DNA of 64,000 nt from a virus (taxonomy: Duplodnaviria > Caudoviricetes), in the IMG/VR virus record IMGVR_UViG_3300030433_001574, positions 1 to 64,000 of that record; one strand, written 5' to 3'. Shown in pieces: positions 1 through 9,513 of this stretch. The notes below the pieces were generated by a model. The model saw only the letters and a program-made list of their open reading frames with translations. It ran no database searches and was not told where the DNA came from. A program made the translations under genes and the position numbers. How positions within the stretch are numbered: position 1 is the first letter of the stretch; every line of letters begins with the position of its first letter.

Positions 1-19
1 CCCCCGCCTTCGGCGGGGG
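1..19. repeat. GC-rich perfect hairpin at window start
   Basis: CCCCCGCC (1-8) pairs with GGCGGGGG (12-19), TTC loop. Confidence 0.7.
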
Positions 20-257
20 GATGCGATACCCCTCTCGTTCCATCCTATCCATACGGGTGGTAACATCAGTGACCTCTCATTCATTTTCAATTCGTCTCGA
101 CTGCGAGAGAGACGCACGCCCTAAGCCCCTCGATATATACCTCGCACCTGCGATTCGGTTGCTGTGATACAGCCATGCTTTTCTTCACGCCCCTATAGTA
201 TACGCATAGAACGTATAGTTTGCATAGACATCTATCGCATAGACGTGAAGTAGTGGT

Positions 258-358
258 GTTGTCTAAGTTGTCCGTTGTATTATTCAGACATTATACAAGA
301 CAATATGAGAATATATCTTAGTCTAAACAAGACACAAGACAAGTCGGACAAGTCGGAC
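258..358. other. Candidate origin-like element A (inverted GACAA/CGGACAA boxes around an AT-rich core)
   Basis: TTGTCT/TTGTCCG on the left, AGACAA/CGGACAA on the right; inverted homology to 34700-34788. Confidence 0.45.
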
Positions 359-421
359 TCCTTGCGTATGCCTTTGGTCATTGTGCCAAATACCTTAAGA
401 CTGGCACGCAGTAGCACACTT

Positions 422-814
422 ATGACCGACTTCAAGGAACGATTAGCGAAGGCGAAGGACAAGTTGAACGATAAGATATGGCTCATGAACGTGTCATGGA
501 TGGCTGAACTCTACGAGTATGATGACCTCGACCAACTCACTGAATGCTCACTGCTCAGGCTTGAGCAGTTCATGATTGACAACAAGGAAGACTTCCTCTC
601 ATGTGACTCAGGCCCACACGTTGTTGGTGACATCATCAACGTCCTGTATTGGGCGCTGAAGACAAGGAAGAAAGACGTGAGCATACCTCATGATGATTCG
701 ATATTCAATACAGACATACCCATACCTCCACCTCTGAGTCAAGAGGAGCATGATTTAATCAACTGGTTACCGCCACAACCACATGACGGCTGTAAGTTCT
801 GTAACCTTGAGTAA
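422..814 (+). CDS. Hypothetical protein, C-terminal CxxC
   Basis: ORF 275-814; likely start ATG 422 because the upstream part is repeat-rich non-coding DNA. Confidence 0.6.
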   Translation: MTDFKERLAKAKDKLNDKIWLMNVSWMAELYEYDDLDQLTECSLLRLEQFMIDNKEDFLSCDSGPHVVGDIINVLYWALKTRKKDVSIPHDDSIFNTDIPIPPPLSQEEHDLINWLPPQPHDGCKFCNLE

Positions 815-877
815 GTCTTGACTTACATACAGCACGCAAGCGCTGTAGTTCTGAGACAAATCAATGAACTGAGATTG

Positions 878-896
878 GTTGATATATAAAGCAACA
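878..896 (+). promoter_or_regulatory. Conserved viral TATA promoter motif, copy 1
   Basis: GTTGATATATAAAGCAACA, 34 nt before ATG 912. Confidence 0.85.
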
Positions 897-911
897 CTTC
901 CCAGTCCTTTC

Positions 912-1283
912 ATGGAAACCGAGATTGTAACCATTGAGAATGACGATGAGATGATGTGCTGTTTGGGATGCGGTGGGCATTACACTGCTACTGGATGGGT
1001 TGATGTGATTGACACTGAGACAATGACTGCTCAAGTAGTGTGTCATATCTCATGCTTCGATGTTGAAGACGACATGATTCTCATACCTCCAAGTGCTGTG
1101 TATGTTGATGAAGTGATTGAGATTCCTGAGTGGGCATTCACACAGCCTGACCCTGAGCCAGTCTCTGTTGATGACTTTGCACCAGTGGTTCAGATACGAG
1201 CCGAGTGGGATTCAGTGACTGACGTTCTTATGTATGAGGATTCGATTGGTGACCACCACTTGGATGATGGGGGTGACTACTGA
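912..1283 (+). CDS. Hypothetical acidic protein with CxxC
   Basis: ORF downstream of promoter; CLGC motif. Confidence 0.7.
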   Translation: METEIVTIENDDEMMCCLGCGGHYTATGWVDVIDTETMTAQVVCHISCFDVEDDMILIPPSAVYVDEVIEIPEWAFTQPDPEPVSVDDFAPVVQIRAEWDSVTDVLMYEDSIGDHHLDDGGDY

Positions 1284-1528
1284 TGGAGTTCGTCTACATA
1301 GTCATGTCCTACCCTACCGACTCAGCCTATCCATTCACCAACCATGTCTCAGACAAAGCACCGACTCACATCTATGCTATCTACGATAACATGAGCCAAG
1401 CCGCTGGTGTGGTTGCTGACATCTATGCTCGTCAAATCTTAGGTGTCAAGCATGGCACTGAGTATGCAGTCATCAAGCACAAGGTCGAACCAGCACAAGG
1501 CATGTTCTTGAAGGGGGCGAGCGAATGA
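1283..1528 (+). CDS. Hypothetical protein
   Basis: Coupled TGATG overlap, GGTGA RBS. Confidence 0.65.
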   Translation: MEFVYIVMSYPTDSAYPFTNHVSDKAPTHIYAIYDNMSQAAGVVADIYARQILGVKHGTEYAVIKHKVEPAQGMFLKGASE

Positions 1529-1740
1529 TTGGCCCGCAAGCATGGGAGAATCTATTCTCATACCACACTAAGCGAGCACAGACTGTTATCGTTGAAGGTG
1601 GTGGAAAGATATACACTTACAACTTCATTGATGCATGGGAGATGTTTGAGACACGAACTGAAATGATGGAGTGGTGTGAGTCTGATGTCCGAGACAACGA
1701 CGGCTACTATGCTGATACAATCGAGGACGCAAGCAACTGA
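1525..1740 (+). CDS. Hypothetical protein
   Basis: ATGA overlap with upstream gene. Confidence 0.65.
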   Translation: MIGPQAWENLFSYHTKRAQTVIVEGGGKIYTYNFIDAWEMFETRTEMMEWCESDVRDNDGYYADTIEDASN

Positions 1741-1742
1741 GG

Positions 1743-1761
1743 GTTGATATATAAAGGAACA
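1743..1761 (+). promoter_or_regulatory. Conserved TATA promoter motif, copy 2
   Basis: GTTGATATATAAAGGAACA. Confidence 0.85.
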
Positions 1762-1782
1762 TAATAGACAAAGGTGATTACA

Positions 1783-4389
1783 ATGGTAAAGCAAAGCAAG
1801 AAATTGGTAACGAAGACAGTGATGAGTGAACTCATCCGAAAGTTCAACGCAGTCCATGTGGATGGTGAGTTGGATAACATTGGCCCGAATGCAGGTGACG
1901 CTCCGTTCTTCAAACAGATGTCGTGGTTCTTGGAGAACGACAAGGACATACCTGAGACTATGTATCAAGAAGCATCGGAGCGCTTCTACAAATACAGTCG
2001 AACACAAATCCCTCAACTCATGGAGATGTGTGGCATCCCTCCTCATGTTGATGTTCAGTCCTTCCTCAAGGACATGAGCGAGACTGGTGTGAAGGCAAAG
2101 GCGAGAGCAGCATACCAACAGAAGTTGGCCTCTCGTCTCCGTAAGTTCTTCAAGGACTCAGGCGAGAAGCCATCCAACCTTGCCAATGCTTTGACCTTCG
2201 ATGAAGAGGTCATGAACATGGTCATGGAATACAAGTTGCAGTTCGCTGAGCCTGACATCTCTGTGCGAGAGGAACTCCAACAGTTGTATGAGGAGACACT
2301 CGCTTCCTACATTGTCACTGAGCAACAACAGCGTGCATACATGACTGTCAAGGCTGAGGTCTACGAAGATGTGTGGTATGGTAAGAACGATAGACAGCGA
2401 CGGTGGCCGAAGAAGTCTCGTCGTGTCTCTCTTCGATTCCCTCGTAACAACGCATGTAAAGATGACCTTAAAGCAACACTGGGCTTCCCTGCATTCAAGT
2501 GGACTGGTGAGTTCTGGTCACTCGGTTTCACTGCTGACCTCATCAACAAGGCTGTGCCTATCTTTGAGAAGCATGGATTCTATGCTGACCAACTCAAGGC
2601 ACTCGCTGTCACTGCACCAACTCCTGATACCACGAAGGCTGAGACAGACAGCAACGTCACTGCAACCATTCAGGCTGATGTTCTTGTGCTCAAGTGGCCG
2701 TGGATTCAGGACACTGACCTGCGAACCAAAGTCATGAGCATTGTCAAAGGAGTCATGGGTCGCAAGTGGGATGCGGCAAACAAGGCGTGGCGAGTTCCAC
2801 TATCTCAAGGGGCATTCCTCAAGGGTAGACTCGATGGTATCTACCAACCACTTGCTGATGCCATCGCTTCTGTCAATGGTATGAACGAAGTCATCGAGTC
2901 TCAGGCTGAGCGTATTGCTTTGTCCAGTGCCTCGTCTCTCCATGACGAGGACAAGATTGAGGAGATGCGTGCTCGCTTAGCAGAGCAGTTCCCTGAAGGA
3001 CGTGAACTCTATCCGTTCCAGTATGTCGGTGTTCGATTCGTTGAACTTGCTGGTGGTCGTGCTTTGATTGGTGATGACATGGGTGTGGGTAAGACCATCC
3101 AAGCACTTGCCTACTCAGCCCTCCACCCTGAGAACCATCCAGTCCTTGTTGTTGCACCAGCGAATGTCAAATACAACTGGGTCAAGGAATACAAGACATG
3201 GCTACCCAACCTCACTGTCGAGGCTGTCAAGAATGGCAAGTCTCCTATCCCTGAGACTGATGTGGTTGTCATCAACTACGACCTTATGAAGAAGCAACAA
3301 CTTGCACTGGAGGAGCGTGGCTTCAACATCGTCATCTTCGATGAGTCACACTACCTCAAGAACAGCAAGGCTCAGCGCACACAAGCCAGCCTTGAGGTTG
3401 CTGGTGGTAGCAAGAACGTAGTCTGTTTGTCAGGCACTGCTATCACCAACAGACCGATTGAGTTCTTCACTACACTCAACCTCCTTCGACCAGTTGAGTT
3501 CGGTAACTTCTTCACCTTTGCCAAGCGTTACTGTGATGCTCAGCACAACGGATGGGGTTGGGACTTCAAGGGTTCATCCAACGAGGCTGAGTTGCATGAG
3601 CGAACCAAGACCTTCACCATCCGTCGTCTCAAGAAGGAAGTCATGGAGGAGTTGCCTGACAAGATTCGTCAGGTTGTTGATGTCGTGCCTACACCAAAGG
3701 AGATGAAGGCTTACAAGAATGCTCAGGCTTCATGGTTGAATGAGTATGCTATGCACAAGGCGAGCAACTCTATCCCTGCTGGCTTCGTCTTGAACATGCT
3801 CACTGAACTACGTCACCACTGTGGCATCCTCAAGGTAAGTGCTACTGCGAACTGGGTTCGTGATTACCATGAGGTCACTGGCAAACCAACCATTGTCTTT
3901 GCTCACCACCGTGATGTTGTTGATGCTCTCGTTGATGAACTCAAGGATGACTTCACACTTGGACTCATTACTGGTGATGTCTCAGCAGAGAAGAGGCAAG
4001 AGCGAGTCGATGCTTTCCAACGTGGTGACATTGATGTCATGATATGTTCAACCGTAGCGGCGAAGGAAGGTCTGACCTTGACTCGTGCCGACACTGTGGC
4101 TTTCATTGAGCGTGAGTGGTCACCAGCATGGGAGGAGCAAGCCGAAGACCGAGTGAACCGTATCGGTCAAGAGGCTGAGACTGTTCATGCTGTCTACCTC
4201 TCAGTCACTGGCACGATTGATGAGAAGTTCAATGCTGTTGTCGAAGAGAAGCGTGCTGTCATCCAGTCCATCCTCGATGGCGGAGATGCAGTGGAGCGAC
4301 AGGGTATCGCTAAGGCTCTCCTTCAATCAATGGTAGATGCGGGAGACATCCCAGCAGAGATGCTCCGTGACTTGGGGGTGAAGGCTTGA
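1783..4389 (+). CDS. SWI2/SNF2 ATPase, SMARCAL1/HARP-like annealing helicase
   Basis: LYPFQ, GDDMGVGKT (motif I), DESH (II), LSGT (III), QAEDRVNRIGQ (VI); HARP-like GRKWDAANKAWRVP before the ATPase core. Confidence 0.92.
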   Translation: MVKQSKKLVTKTVMSELIRKFNAVHVDGELDNIGPNAGDAPFFKQMSWFLENDKDIPETMYQEASERFYKYSRTQIPQLMEMCGIPPHVDVQSFLKDMSETGVKAKARAAYQQKLASRLRKFFKDSGEKPSNLANALTFDEEVMNMVMEYKLQFAEPDISVREELQQLYEETLASYIVTEQQQRAYMTVKAEVYEDVWYGKNDRQRRWPKKSRRVSLRFPRNNACKDDLKATLGFPAFKWTGEFWSLGFTADLINKAVPIFEKHGFYADQLKALAVTAPTPDTTKAETDSNVTATIQADVLVLKWPWIQDTDLRTKVMSIVKGVMGRKWDAANKAWRVPLSQGAFLKGRLDGIYQPLADAIASVNGMNEVIESQAERIALSSASSLHDEDKIEEMRARLAEQFPEGRELYPFQYVGVRFVELAGGRALIGDDMGVGKTIQALAYSALHPENHPVLVVAPANVKYNWVKEYKTWLPNLTVEAVKNGKSPIPETDVVVINYDLMKKQQLALEERGFNIVIFDESHYLKNSKAQRTQASLEVAGGSKNVVCLSGTAITNRPIEFFTTLNLLRPVEFGNFFTFAKRYCDAQHNGWGWDFKGSSNEAELHERTKTFTIRRLKKEVMEELPDKIRQVVDVVPTPKEMKAYKNAQASWLNEYAMHKASNSIPAGFVLNMLTELRHHCGILKVSATANWVRDYHEVTGKPTIVFAHHRDVVDALVDELKDDFTLGLITGDVSAEKRQERVDAFQRGDIDVMICSTVAAKEGLTLTRADTVAFIEREWSPAWEEQAEDRVNRIGQEAETVHAVYLSVTGTIDEKFNAVVEEKRAVIQSILDGGDAVERQGIAKALLQSMVDAGDIPAEMLRDLGVKA

Positions 4390-4496
4390 TTCACGAGTTC
4401 GGCGCTTGTCCCGAATGCGACATGCCCTGTTCCTTCACCCTGCATGGTGACACTTGGGTGTGCAACTGCACCTTTTGCGAGGAGGTGAAGGAATGA
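4386..4496 (+). CDS. 36-aa Zn-finger microprotein (not in ORF track)
   Basis: MIHEFGACPECDMPCSFTLHGDTWVCNCTFCEEVKE; GGTGA RBS, overlaps helicase stop. Confidence 0.6.
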   Translation: MIHEFGACPECDMPCSFTLHGDTWVCNCTFCEEVKE

Positions 4497-4621
4497 GATT
4501 CATGATGAACTTGTGCCACCAACGAGACTGTTCCAACGGCACACGCCCCGGCTTCAGGCGCTGTGCTGAATGCATGAGAGGTAACACACCTCAAGCGAAG
4601 AAGAAGCAAGAGGAAGAATGA
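4493..4621 (+). CDS. 42-aa Cys-rich microprotein (not in ORF track)
   Basis: MRFMMNLCHQRDCSNGTRPGFRRCAECMRGNTPQAKKKQEEE; GGAGGTGA RBS, ATGA overlap. Confidence 0.6.
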   Translation: MRFMMNLCHQRDCSNGTRPGFRRCAECMRGNTPQAKKKQEEE

Positions 4622-4622
4622 A

Positions 4623-4641
4623 GTTGATATATAAAGCAACA
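4623..4641 (+). promoter_or_regulatory. Conserved TATA promoter motif, copy 3
   Basis: GTTGATATATAAAGCAACA. Confidence 0.85.
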
Positions 4642-4662
4642 CTAACAATAGGAGATGATACA

Positions 4663-5007
4663 ATGAGAGAGATAAGTAGACTGGCAAGTATAGCACTGAT
4701 GAATCGTGAGAGATTCAAGCGAAGCAACACAAAGGTAGAGGTTCACTTCGATGGTTCAGCAACCATGAAGTTGTTCGGTAACACCATCGCTGCTCATAGC
4801 AAAGATGGCATACTATCCATTGGTGATGGTGACCATCAGACAGTCACAACCAAAGACAGACTCAACGCACTACCCCATGTAAGTATCTACCAACGCAACT
4901 ACCAATGGTATCTCAATGGTGAGAAGTGGGATGGTGAATGGATTGTTGTTCATGACCCTACACCTACTACTCCTGAAGATGATGCTGTAGAGGAGATGAT
5001 ACTGTGA
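4663..5007 (+). CDS. Hypothetical phage protein
   Basis: ORF after promoter; TVTTKDRLNAL...IYQRNYQWY. Confidence 0.75.
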   Translation: MREISRLASIALMNRERFKRSNTKVEVHFDGSATMKLFGNTIAAHSKDGILSIGDGDHQTVTTKDRLNALPHVSIYQRNYQWYLNGEKWDGEWIVVHDPTPTTPEDDAVEEMIL

Positions 5008-5210
5008 GCGAGATAAACTTCAGCGATGCATTGGAATGTGTTATTGATACACTTGAGAGAAGCATTGAGATGCATCAACAAGCAGGTGCGCCACACATAA
5101 TCATTGACACTTTGGTGGACGCATGTAACCACGCATATGACATCAACATGTTACTCAACGATGAGACAGATATTATCGTTGGACTGGATGACATGGAGGA
5201 ATCAGAATGA
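5004..5210 (+). CDS. Hypothetical acidic protein
   Basis: GTGA overlap, RBS. Confidence 0.6.
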   Translation: MSEINFSDALECVIDTLERSIEMHQQAGAPHIIIDTLVDACNHAYDINMLLNDETDIIVGLDDMEESE

Positions 5211-5563
5211 CTGAAGACAACACATGGGGAGCAGACGAAGAGAAGATTATCGCAAGTGTCAAGGCACACTTTGATTGGTATATGGAGAACTGCGATGCTA
5301 TCGTGAAGGCTGACCAACAGAGAACACAAGACCTACATGATGCTGGGTTTAAGAACCCTGAACATTCTCAGTTCATGTCCATCGTTGATGACATCACAAA
5401 GGCACAGCAAATACTGGCACGCTATCAGGAGTTGGGTGAGGACAAGGAAGGGAATGTAAGTGGTCACTTACGTCTTGGAGTCTTCACCTATCTCAACAAC
5501 TTCCGTGTCAGAGTTGGTCATCGACTGGGCATGAAAGAAGTATTCAATGTGAGGAAGTGGTGA
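5207..5563 (+). CDS. Hypothetical protein
   Basis: ATGA overlap, GGAGG RBS. Confidence 0.65.
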   Translation: MTEDNTWGADEEKIIASVKAHFDWYMENCDAIVKADQQRTQDLHDAGFKNPEHSQFMSIVDDITKAQQILARYQELGEDKEGNVSGHLRLGVFTYLNNFRVRVGHRLGMKEVFNVRKW

Positions 5564-5564
5564 C

Positions 5565-5903
5565 ATGATTGACATGGACAAATACGATGGTGCTTCAAAG
5601 GTATACATCACTGAGCATATGTGGCATGGCTTCACAGAAGTAGAGGAAGCAAGGAGTGGTAAAGTCCTCGCAAGAATCTATGCTGGCGACACAGTAAAGG
5701 AAGCGAAGCCAACACCAGCACACTACATTTTACTCGATGCGTTTGTATTACACCGTGAGGTTGTGAGGTTGCGTGGACTCTTGGAGTCTGTTATTGAAAA
5801 TGCGGCTGAGCCTTCAGGTGATGACGGCACAGGCTATCGTTACTGTGAGGTTGATGCGGAATTGGTCGAGATGATTAAAGAAGAATGGAGGCGAAAGGAA
5901 TGA
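5565..5903 (+). CDS. MIDxDKY...EVxRLR family small protein
   Basis: N-terminal MIDMDKYDG and LHREVVRLR, shared with genes at 21156 and 21332. Confidence 0.65.
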   Translation: MIDMDKYDGASKVYITEHMWHGFTEVEEARSGKVLARIYAGDTVKEAKPTPAHYILLDAFVLHREVVRLRGLLESVIENAAEPSGDDGTGYRYCEVDAELVEMIKEEWRRKE

Positions 5904-6025
5904 GTAGTAAGATGAAAGGAATGGCGTTTGCTCTACGGGCTGAACGGAAGAAGACAAAGATGTTGGAAGAAGAAGTCGAGCGACTTCGTAAGGAACTCAC
6001 GGAACTCAAGGAGATGATACAATGA
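5900..6025 (+). CDS. 41-aa coiled-coil microprotein (not in ORF track)
   Basis: MSSKMKGMAFALRAERKKTKMLEEEVERLRKELTELKEMIQ; ATGA overlaps at both ends. Confidence 0.6.
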   Translation: MSSKMKGMAFALRAERKKTKMLEEEVERLRKELTELKEMIQ

Positions 6026-6264
6026 GTTACAGAATCACAGTCGGACAGAACCAATGGCTCATCGTTGAGTATCTCGGTAAGTCAGGTAGGCAATCGCTTT
6101 GGCAAGTGGTTGAATCTCACAGGCTACCTCAAATCAAAGCGGGTGATATGCTACGTCAAGACAACAAGGGTATGTTCGTTGCTTACTCAAGTGTTGATGC
6201 AACAAGACCATCGTATCGTCTACCATCTCACACTCAGTATGAAGGACACTACGAAGAGGAGTAA
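6022..6264 (+). CDS. Hypothetical protein
   Basis: ATGA overlap, GGAGATGA RBS. Confidence 0.65.
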   Translation: MSYRITVGQNQWLIVEYLGKSGRQSLWQVVESHRLPQIKAGDMLRQDNKGMFVAYSSVDATRPSYRLPSHTQYEGHYEEE

Positions 6265-6292
6265 CTGCTTAGAGGTCTATAGTATTTGACGA

Positions 6293-6311
6293 GTTGATAT
6301 ATAAAGCAACA
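6293..6311 (+). promoter_or_regulatory. Conserved TATA promoter motif, copy 4
   Basis: GTTGATATATAAAGCAACA, 35 nt before ATG 6328. Confidence 0.85.
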
Positions 6312-6327
6312 TTAGAATGGTGATAAC

Positions 6328-6594
6328 ATGAAGAACTGGATGAACTTACACATTGATGACTTGGATGGAGAAGTAACTCTATTCAAATCTACAGAAGAAG
6401 GAACTGAAACCATAGCCGTGTTCGATGAAGAACATCGTGCAGTGATACGAGAGATGGTTTCAGATTACAACAGACTGCACAAGGAATACATGGAACTCAA
6501 GGAAGCGGCGTTAGGACATAGAGCGTTGGACTTCAGCAACTTAACTCACGAAGATGTGCTTGAGGAAGTGTTAGGTTACAATCCGTTTGTATGA
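6328..6594 (+). CDS. Hypothetical protein
   Basis: ORF after promoter. Confidence 0.7.
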   Translation: MKNWMNLHIDDLDGEVTLFKSTEEGTETIAVFDEEHRAVIREMVSDYNRLHKEYMELKEAALGHRALDFSNLTHEDVLEEVLGYNPFV

Positions 6595-6603
6595 GGTGAT
6601 AAC

Positions 6604-7062
6604 ATGATGGAATACCCTGATGGAACAATGAGGCTTGTCCTCCTAAGACTGACACAAGAAAGAAGTGACAAGGTGCGTAGGCAACGCAATCCTCGATACC
6701 AACACATACCTGACTTCGGTGGTGGTGGCTTCGACGTGATATGGAAACCCCACACAGTAGAACAAACAATCTTTGACAACTTCGTTGATGCGAGGTCATT
6801 CGTTTACAAATGGATTGACAAGATGATTAAGTTGGCTGAGTCGAGCACTCGTATCAGCATAACATGGAAGCACCACATGGACAGAGCGAATGCTGATTGG
6901 ACACTACACCCTGACCGAGTGATGCCTACAGCCACAGTCGAATGGAGACACAAGACTACAGATGCTACGCCATACAAGCGTTACGTTATTGATGACGAGT
7001 GTGTTGGTGTAATCCCATACTACCCTGAGAAAGAGGATGATGAAAACCAACCAACTGAATGA
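6604..7062 (+). CDS. Hypothetical protein
   Basis: GAGGTGA RBS. Confidence 0.7.
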   Translation: MMEYPDGTMRLVLLRLTQERSDKVRRQRNPRYQHIPDFGGGGFDVIWKPHTVEQTIFDNFVDARSFVYKWIDKMIKLAESSTRISITWKHHMDRANADWTLHPDRVMPTATVEWRHKTTDATPYKRYVIDDECVGVIPYYPEKEDDENQPTE

Positions 7063-7063
7063 T

Positions 7064-7082
7064 GTTGATATATAAAGCAACA
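7064..7082 (+). promoter_or_regulatory. Conserved TATA promoter motif, copy 5
   Basis: GTTGATATATAAAGCAACA. Confidence 0.85.
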
Positions 7083-7119
7083 GTAGAATACAGAAACACA
7101 AACCAAGAGGAATGATACC

Positions 7120-9513
7120 ATGACACAAACCATGACGATAGAAGAACTGAACAATACGGAGCGCATCAAAGCGATAAAGTCACAGAAGGCGAAGGCACTG
7201 TTCACTCATCGCTCAGCCCATCAGCAGTATGCTGTTCCCAAAGACTGGCAACCACTTAACATGGTGGCTATCCATCTGACTGACACACCACTTCACTTGA
7301 CATCAGCAGGTGAACACATTGGCTACCCATGTTTCTTGAGGACTTGCCCTGAGACTCCTCGACATGGTGTCATCGAATCTGTTCGTTGTAACGATGAAGA
7401 GTCACTTGTCTCTGACTTCAAGCGCCTCGCTCAAATCATGAAGGAGGCTGACCCCAATGGTTGTATGCTTCTCATGCCATTCATTGATGCTTCATGCTCG
7501 TCAGTCATGGCTCTCTCTCATCCTGAAGTGGATGAGCATGGTGTGACCGTGATGACCACTGACCCTAAGACTGGGCTTGACACACCAGTTATGTTTCAAG
7601 GTTACAACATCATGGGTGTTGGTCACGATGGTGTCACTGCTGGTCACGGCTTCAACCTTGCATTCCCTCTCCGTGTTGATGAGTATAACAAGGACAACAT
7701 GATTCTCAACTCACTCTCTTACTCTCCTACTCGTCACGAGTTGGAGTTCGTCTTCAAGAACACCGATGACAAACGTGACCGTGGTGTCATGAACTTACCT
7801 CTCATGACTCACAACCTCACACAGATTCGTGGTGCTCCTTCTCACACTCCTGTCTTCCCTCCACCTGAAGGTGTCGATACCATTGGTATGATTGCCGCTG
7901 GCGAGGTTGTCATTCAGGACTTCATCATCATGAGTGGTCTTGAGGAAGTGGCTTGGCTTGAAGAGAACATCACGCCTGAGAAACTACCCGATGGCTTCAT
8001 GGTCGTTGAGCCTACTGGCTCTCGTCTCTCTCACATCTATGCTCACTGTCGTGGTGTCGGTGTTGCTTATGCTATCACCCCTGCTGATACCATCAACAAG
8101 GGTGACCGTTGGGTCGAGGCCGCACCCGGCTGGGTTGTCTTGGACAACGACAACAAGTTCGTGCCTAAGCCTTACCGACCCGATGCCTACCTTGCTGACT
8201 TCTCTCGTGGCCTCAAGGACGGCAACCTCTATTGGCGCAAGCAACAAGGTTGGTTCTCCACCTTCTTCCACCAGTGGGTCAGTCTCCCATACAGCAAGCC
8301 ACAAGATGTTGCATACCTTGCTGGTATGTTCTGTGCTTGGCTACCCAAAGCCATGCTCGCTCTTGGTCTTGGTGAGATGCGCCATGCTCGTAGCCTCAAG
8401 AAGAATGCTAACGCTGAACTGTTCGCTACCATGACTGCTTGTATTGGCAGTGATGTGTGGAAGAAAATCACCAACACTCCTCACCTTGACTCCACTCGTG
8501 GACACTACTACGCCGCTGTTGGACACATCGAAGTAGACTGGGGTGACTGTGCAAAGATGCTTCGCTTCTTGAACAAGCACTTCCAAAAGGGATGGTCGTC
8601 ATCATACGGTGGCCCGAAGTGGGGCGCTTCTATGTTGCAGGGCGCTGAGGTATGTGACGCTCTACAAACATTCACTGCTGAGCCTAACGAAGAAACATTG
8701 GGCGAACTCATCGTCAAGGTGAACATGGCTGAGAATGCAGTTCACAACAATGGTTCTCTGTTCAACAAGTGGTTGAGCAAGTTCGCATTCGACGCTGGCA
8801 CTGCTGGCTTCAACCCACGTCGAGACATGGACAGCATGGCCTCCGTCTTTGAGATGGCTCGTGAGTTCCTCGATGATGGTCTTGCTAATGTTCGTGCTGG
8901 CTTTGAGTCAGCCTCTCCTCCTGAGAATACATGGAGTGACATTCTCGACTATGTTGAGAAGAAGACCCCAGCCTATTGGCGTAAGACTCCTATGGCTTCA
9001 AGCAAGAATGTTCACGAGGCTCTACGCAAAGTGATGGAGATACTACCAGTTGGTTGGCGACATGGTGACAAGGGTAGCCACAACAATCCTTTGAACAAGG
9101 ACTTCATCATGTGTGGTGTATCAACTTGCACCACTTGTGCTACACACTTGCAGTGGGCTGCCAACAACCCTGCTGAGGTTTCACACTCACAAGTCGCTGA
9201 ACTCAAGACACTGTTCGATGAGCACAGCGCTTCTCTCATGATTGCTCCTCCACCTGTTGATGTGTGGCTCACTGGTTCTCAAGGTGAGACTCGTGTAAGT
9301 GTGAAGGAACAGATTCTTTCCATCAAAGCGAAAGAGTTCTTCCCTACAGCGAAGGAGTTCGTTACCTTGTATGAGGCCATCGACCCTTCTGACCCTGACA
9401 CTCCTGAGATGATGTTGATTCTCAACAAGTATCTCGCTAAGCAAGGTGATGGCCTTGAGGACTTCCTCACTGCTATGACTGGAGAAACAGAAACAAAGGA
9501 TGTGAAAGAATGA
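7120..9513 (+). CDS. PPDK/PEP-synthase-like dikinase (ATP-grasp + phospho-His swivel) fused to an uncharacterised C-terminal domain
   Basis: YPCFLRTCP..RHGVIES, LLMPFIDASCSSVM, ELEF, LTQIRG (ATP-grasp-like); VVEPTGSRLSHIYAHCRGVGVA resembles the PEP-utiliser mobile-domain motif GGxTSHxAIxxRxxGIP (His305). Confidence 0.7.
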   Translation: MTQTMTIEELNNTERIKAIKSQKAKALFTHRSAHQQYAVPKDWQPLNMVAIHLTDTPLHLTSAGEHIGYPCFLRTCPETPRHGVIESVRCNDEESLVSDFKRLAQIMKEADPNGCMLLMPFIDASCSSVMALSHPEVDEHGVTVMTTDPKTGLDTPVMFQGYNIMGVGHDGVTAGHGFNLAFPLRVDEYNKDNMILNSLSYSPTRHELEFVFKNTDDKRDRGVMNLPLMTHNLTQIRGAPSHTPVFPPPEGVDTIGMIAAGEVVIQDFIIMSGLEEVAWLEENITPEKLPDGFMVVEPTGSRLSHIYAHCRGVGVAYAITPADTINKGDRWVEAAPGWVVLDNDNKFVPKPYRPDAYLADFSRGLKDGNLYWRKQQGWFSTFFHQWVSLPYSKPQDVAYLAGMFCAWLPKAMLALGLGEMRHARSLKKNANAELFATMTACIGSDVWKKITNTPHLDSTRGHYYAAVGHIEVDWGDCAKMLRFLNKHFQKGWSSSYGGPKWGASMLQGAEVCDALQTFTAEPNEETLGELIVKVNMAENAVHNNGSLFNKWLSKFAFDAGTAGFNPRRDMDSMASVFEMAREFLDDGLANVRAGFESASPPENTWSDILDYVEKKTPAYWRKTPMASSKNVHEALRKVMEILPVGWRHGDKGSHNNPLNKDFIMCGVSTCTTCATHLQWAANNPAEVSHSQVAELKTLFDEHSASLMIAPPPVDVWLTGSQGETRVSVKEQILSIKAKEFFPTAKEFVTLYEAIDPSDPDTPEMMLILNKYLAKQGDGLEDFLTAMTGETETKDVKE

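Noticed and set aside
275-421. N-terminal extension of the first ORF
   Set aside because: Runs through the repeat/origin-like element from a TTG with no RBS; ATG 422 is more plausible
7120-9513. Annotation as a metabolic PEP synthase/PPDK auxiliary gene
   Set aside because: No pyruvate/PEP-binding barrel motifs recognised; the C-terminal domain appears unrelated
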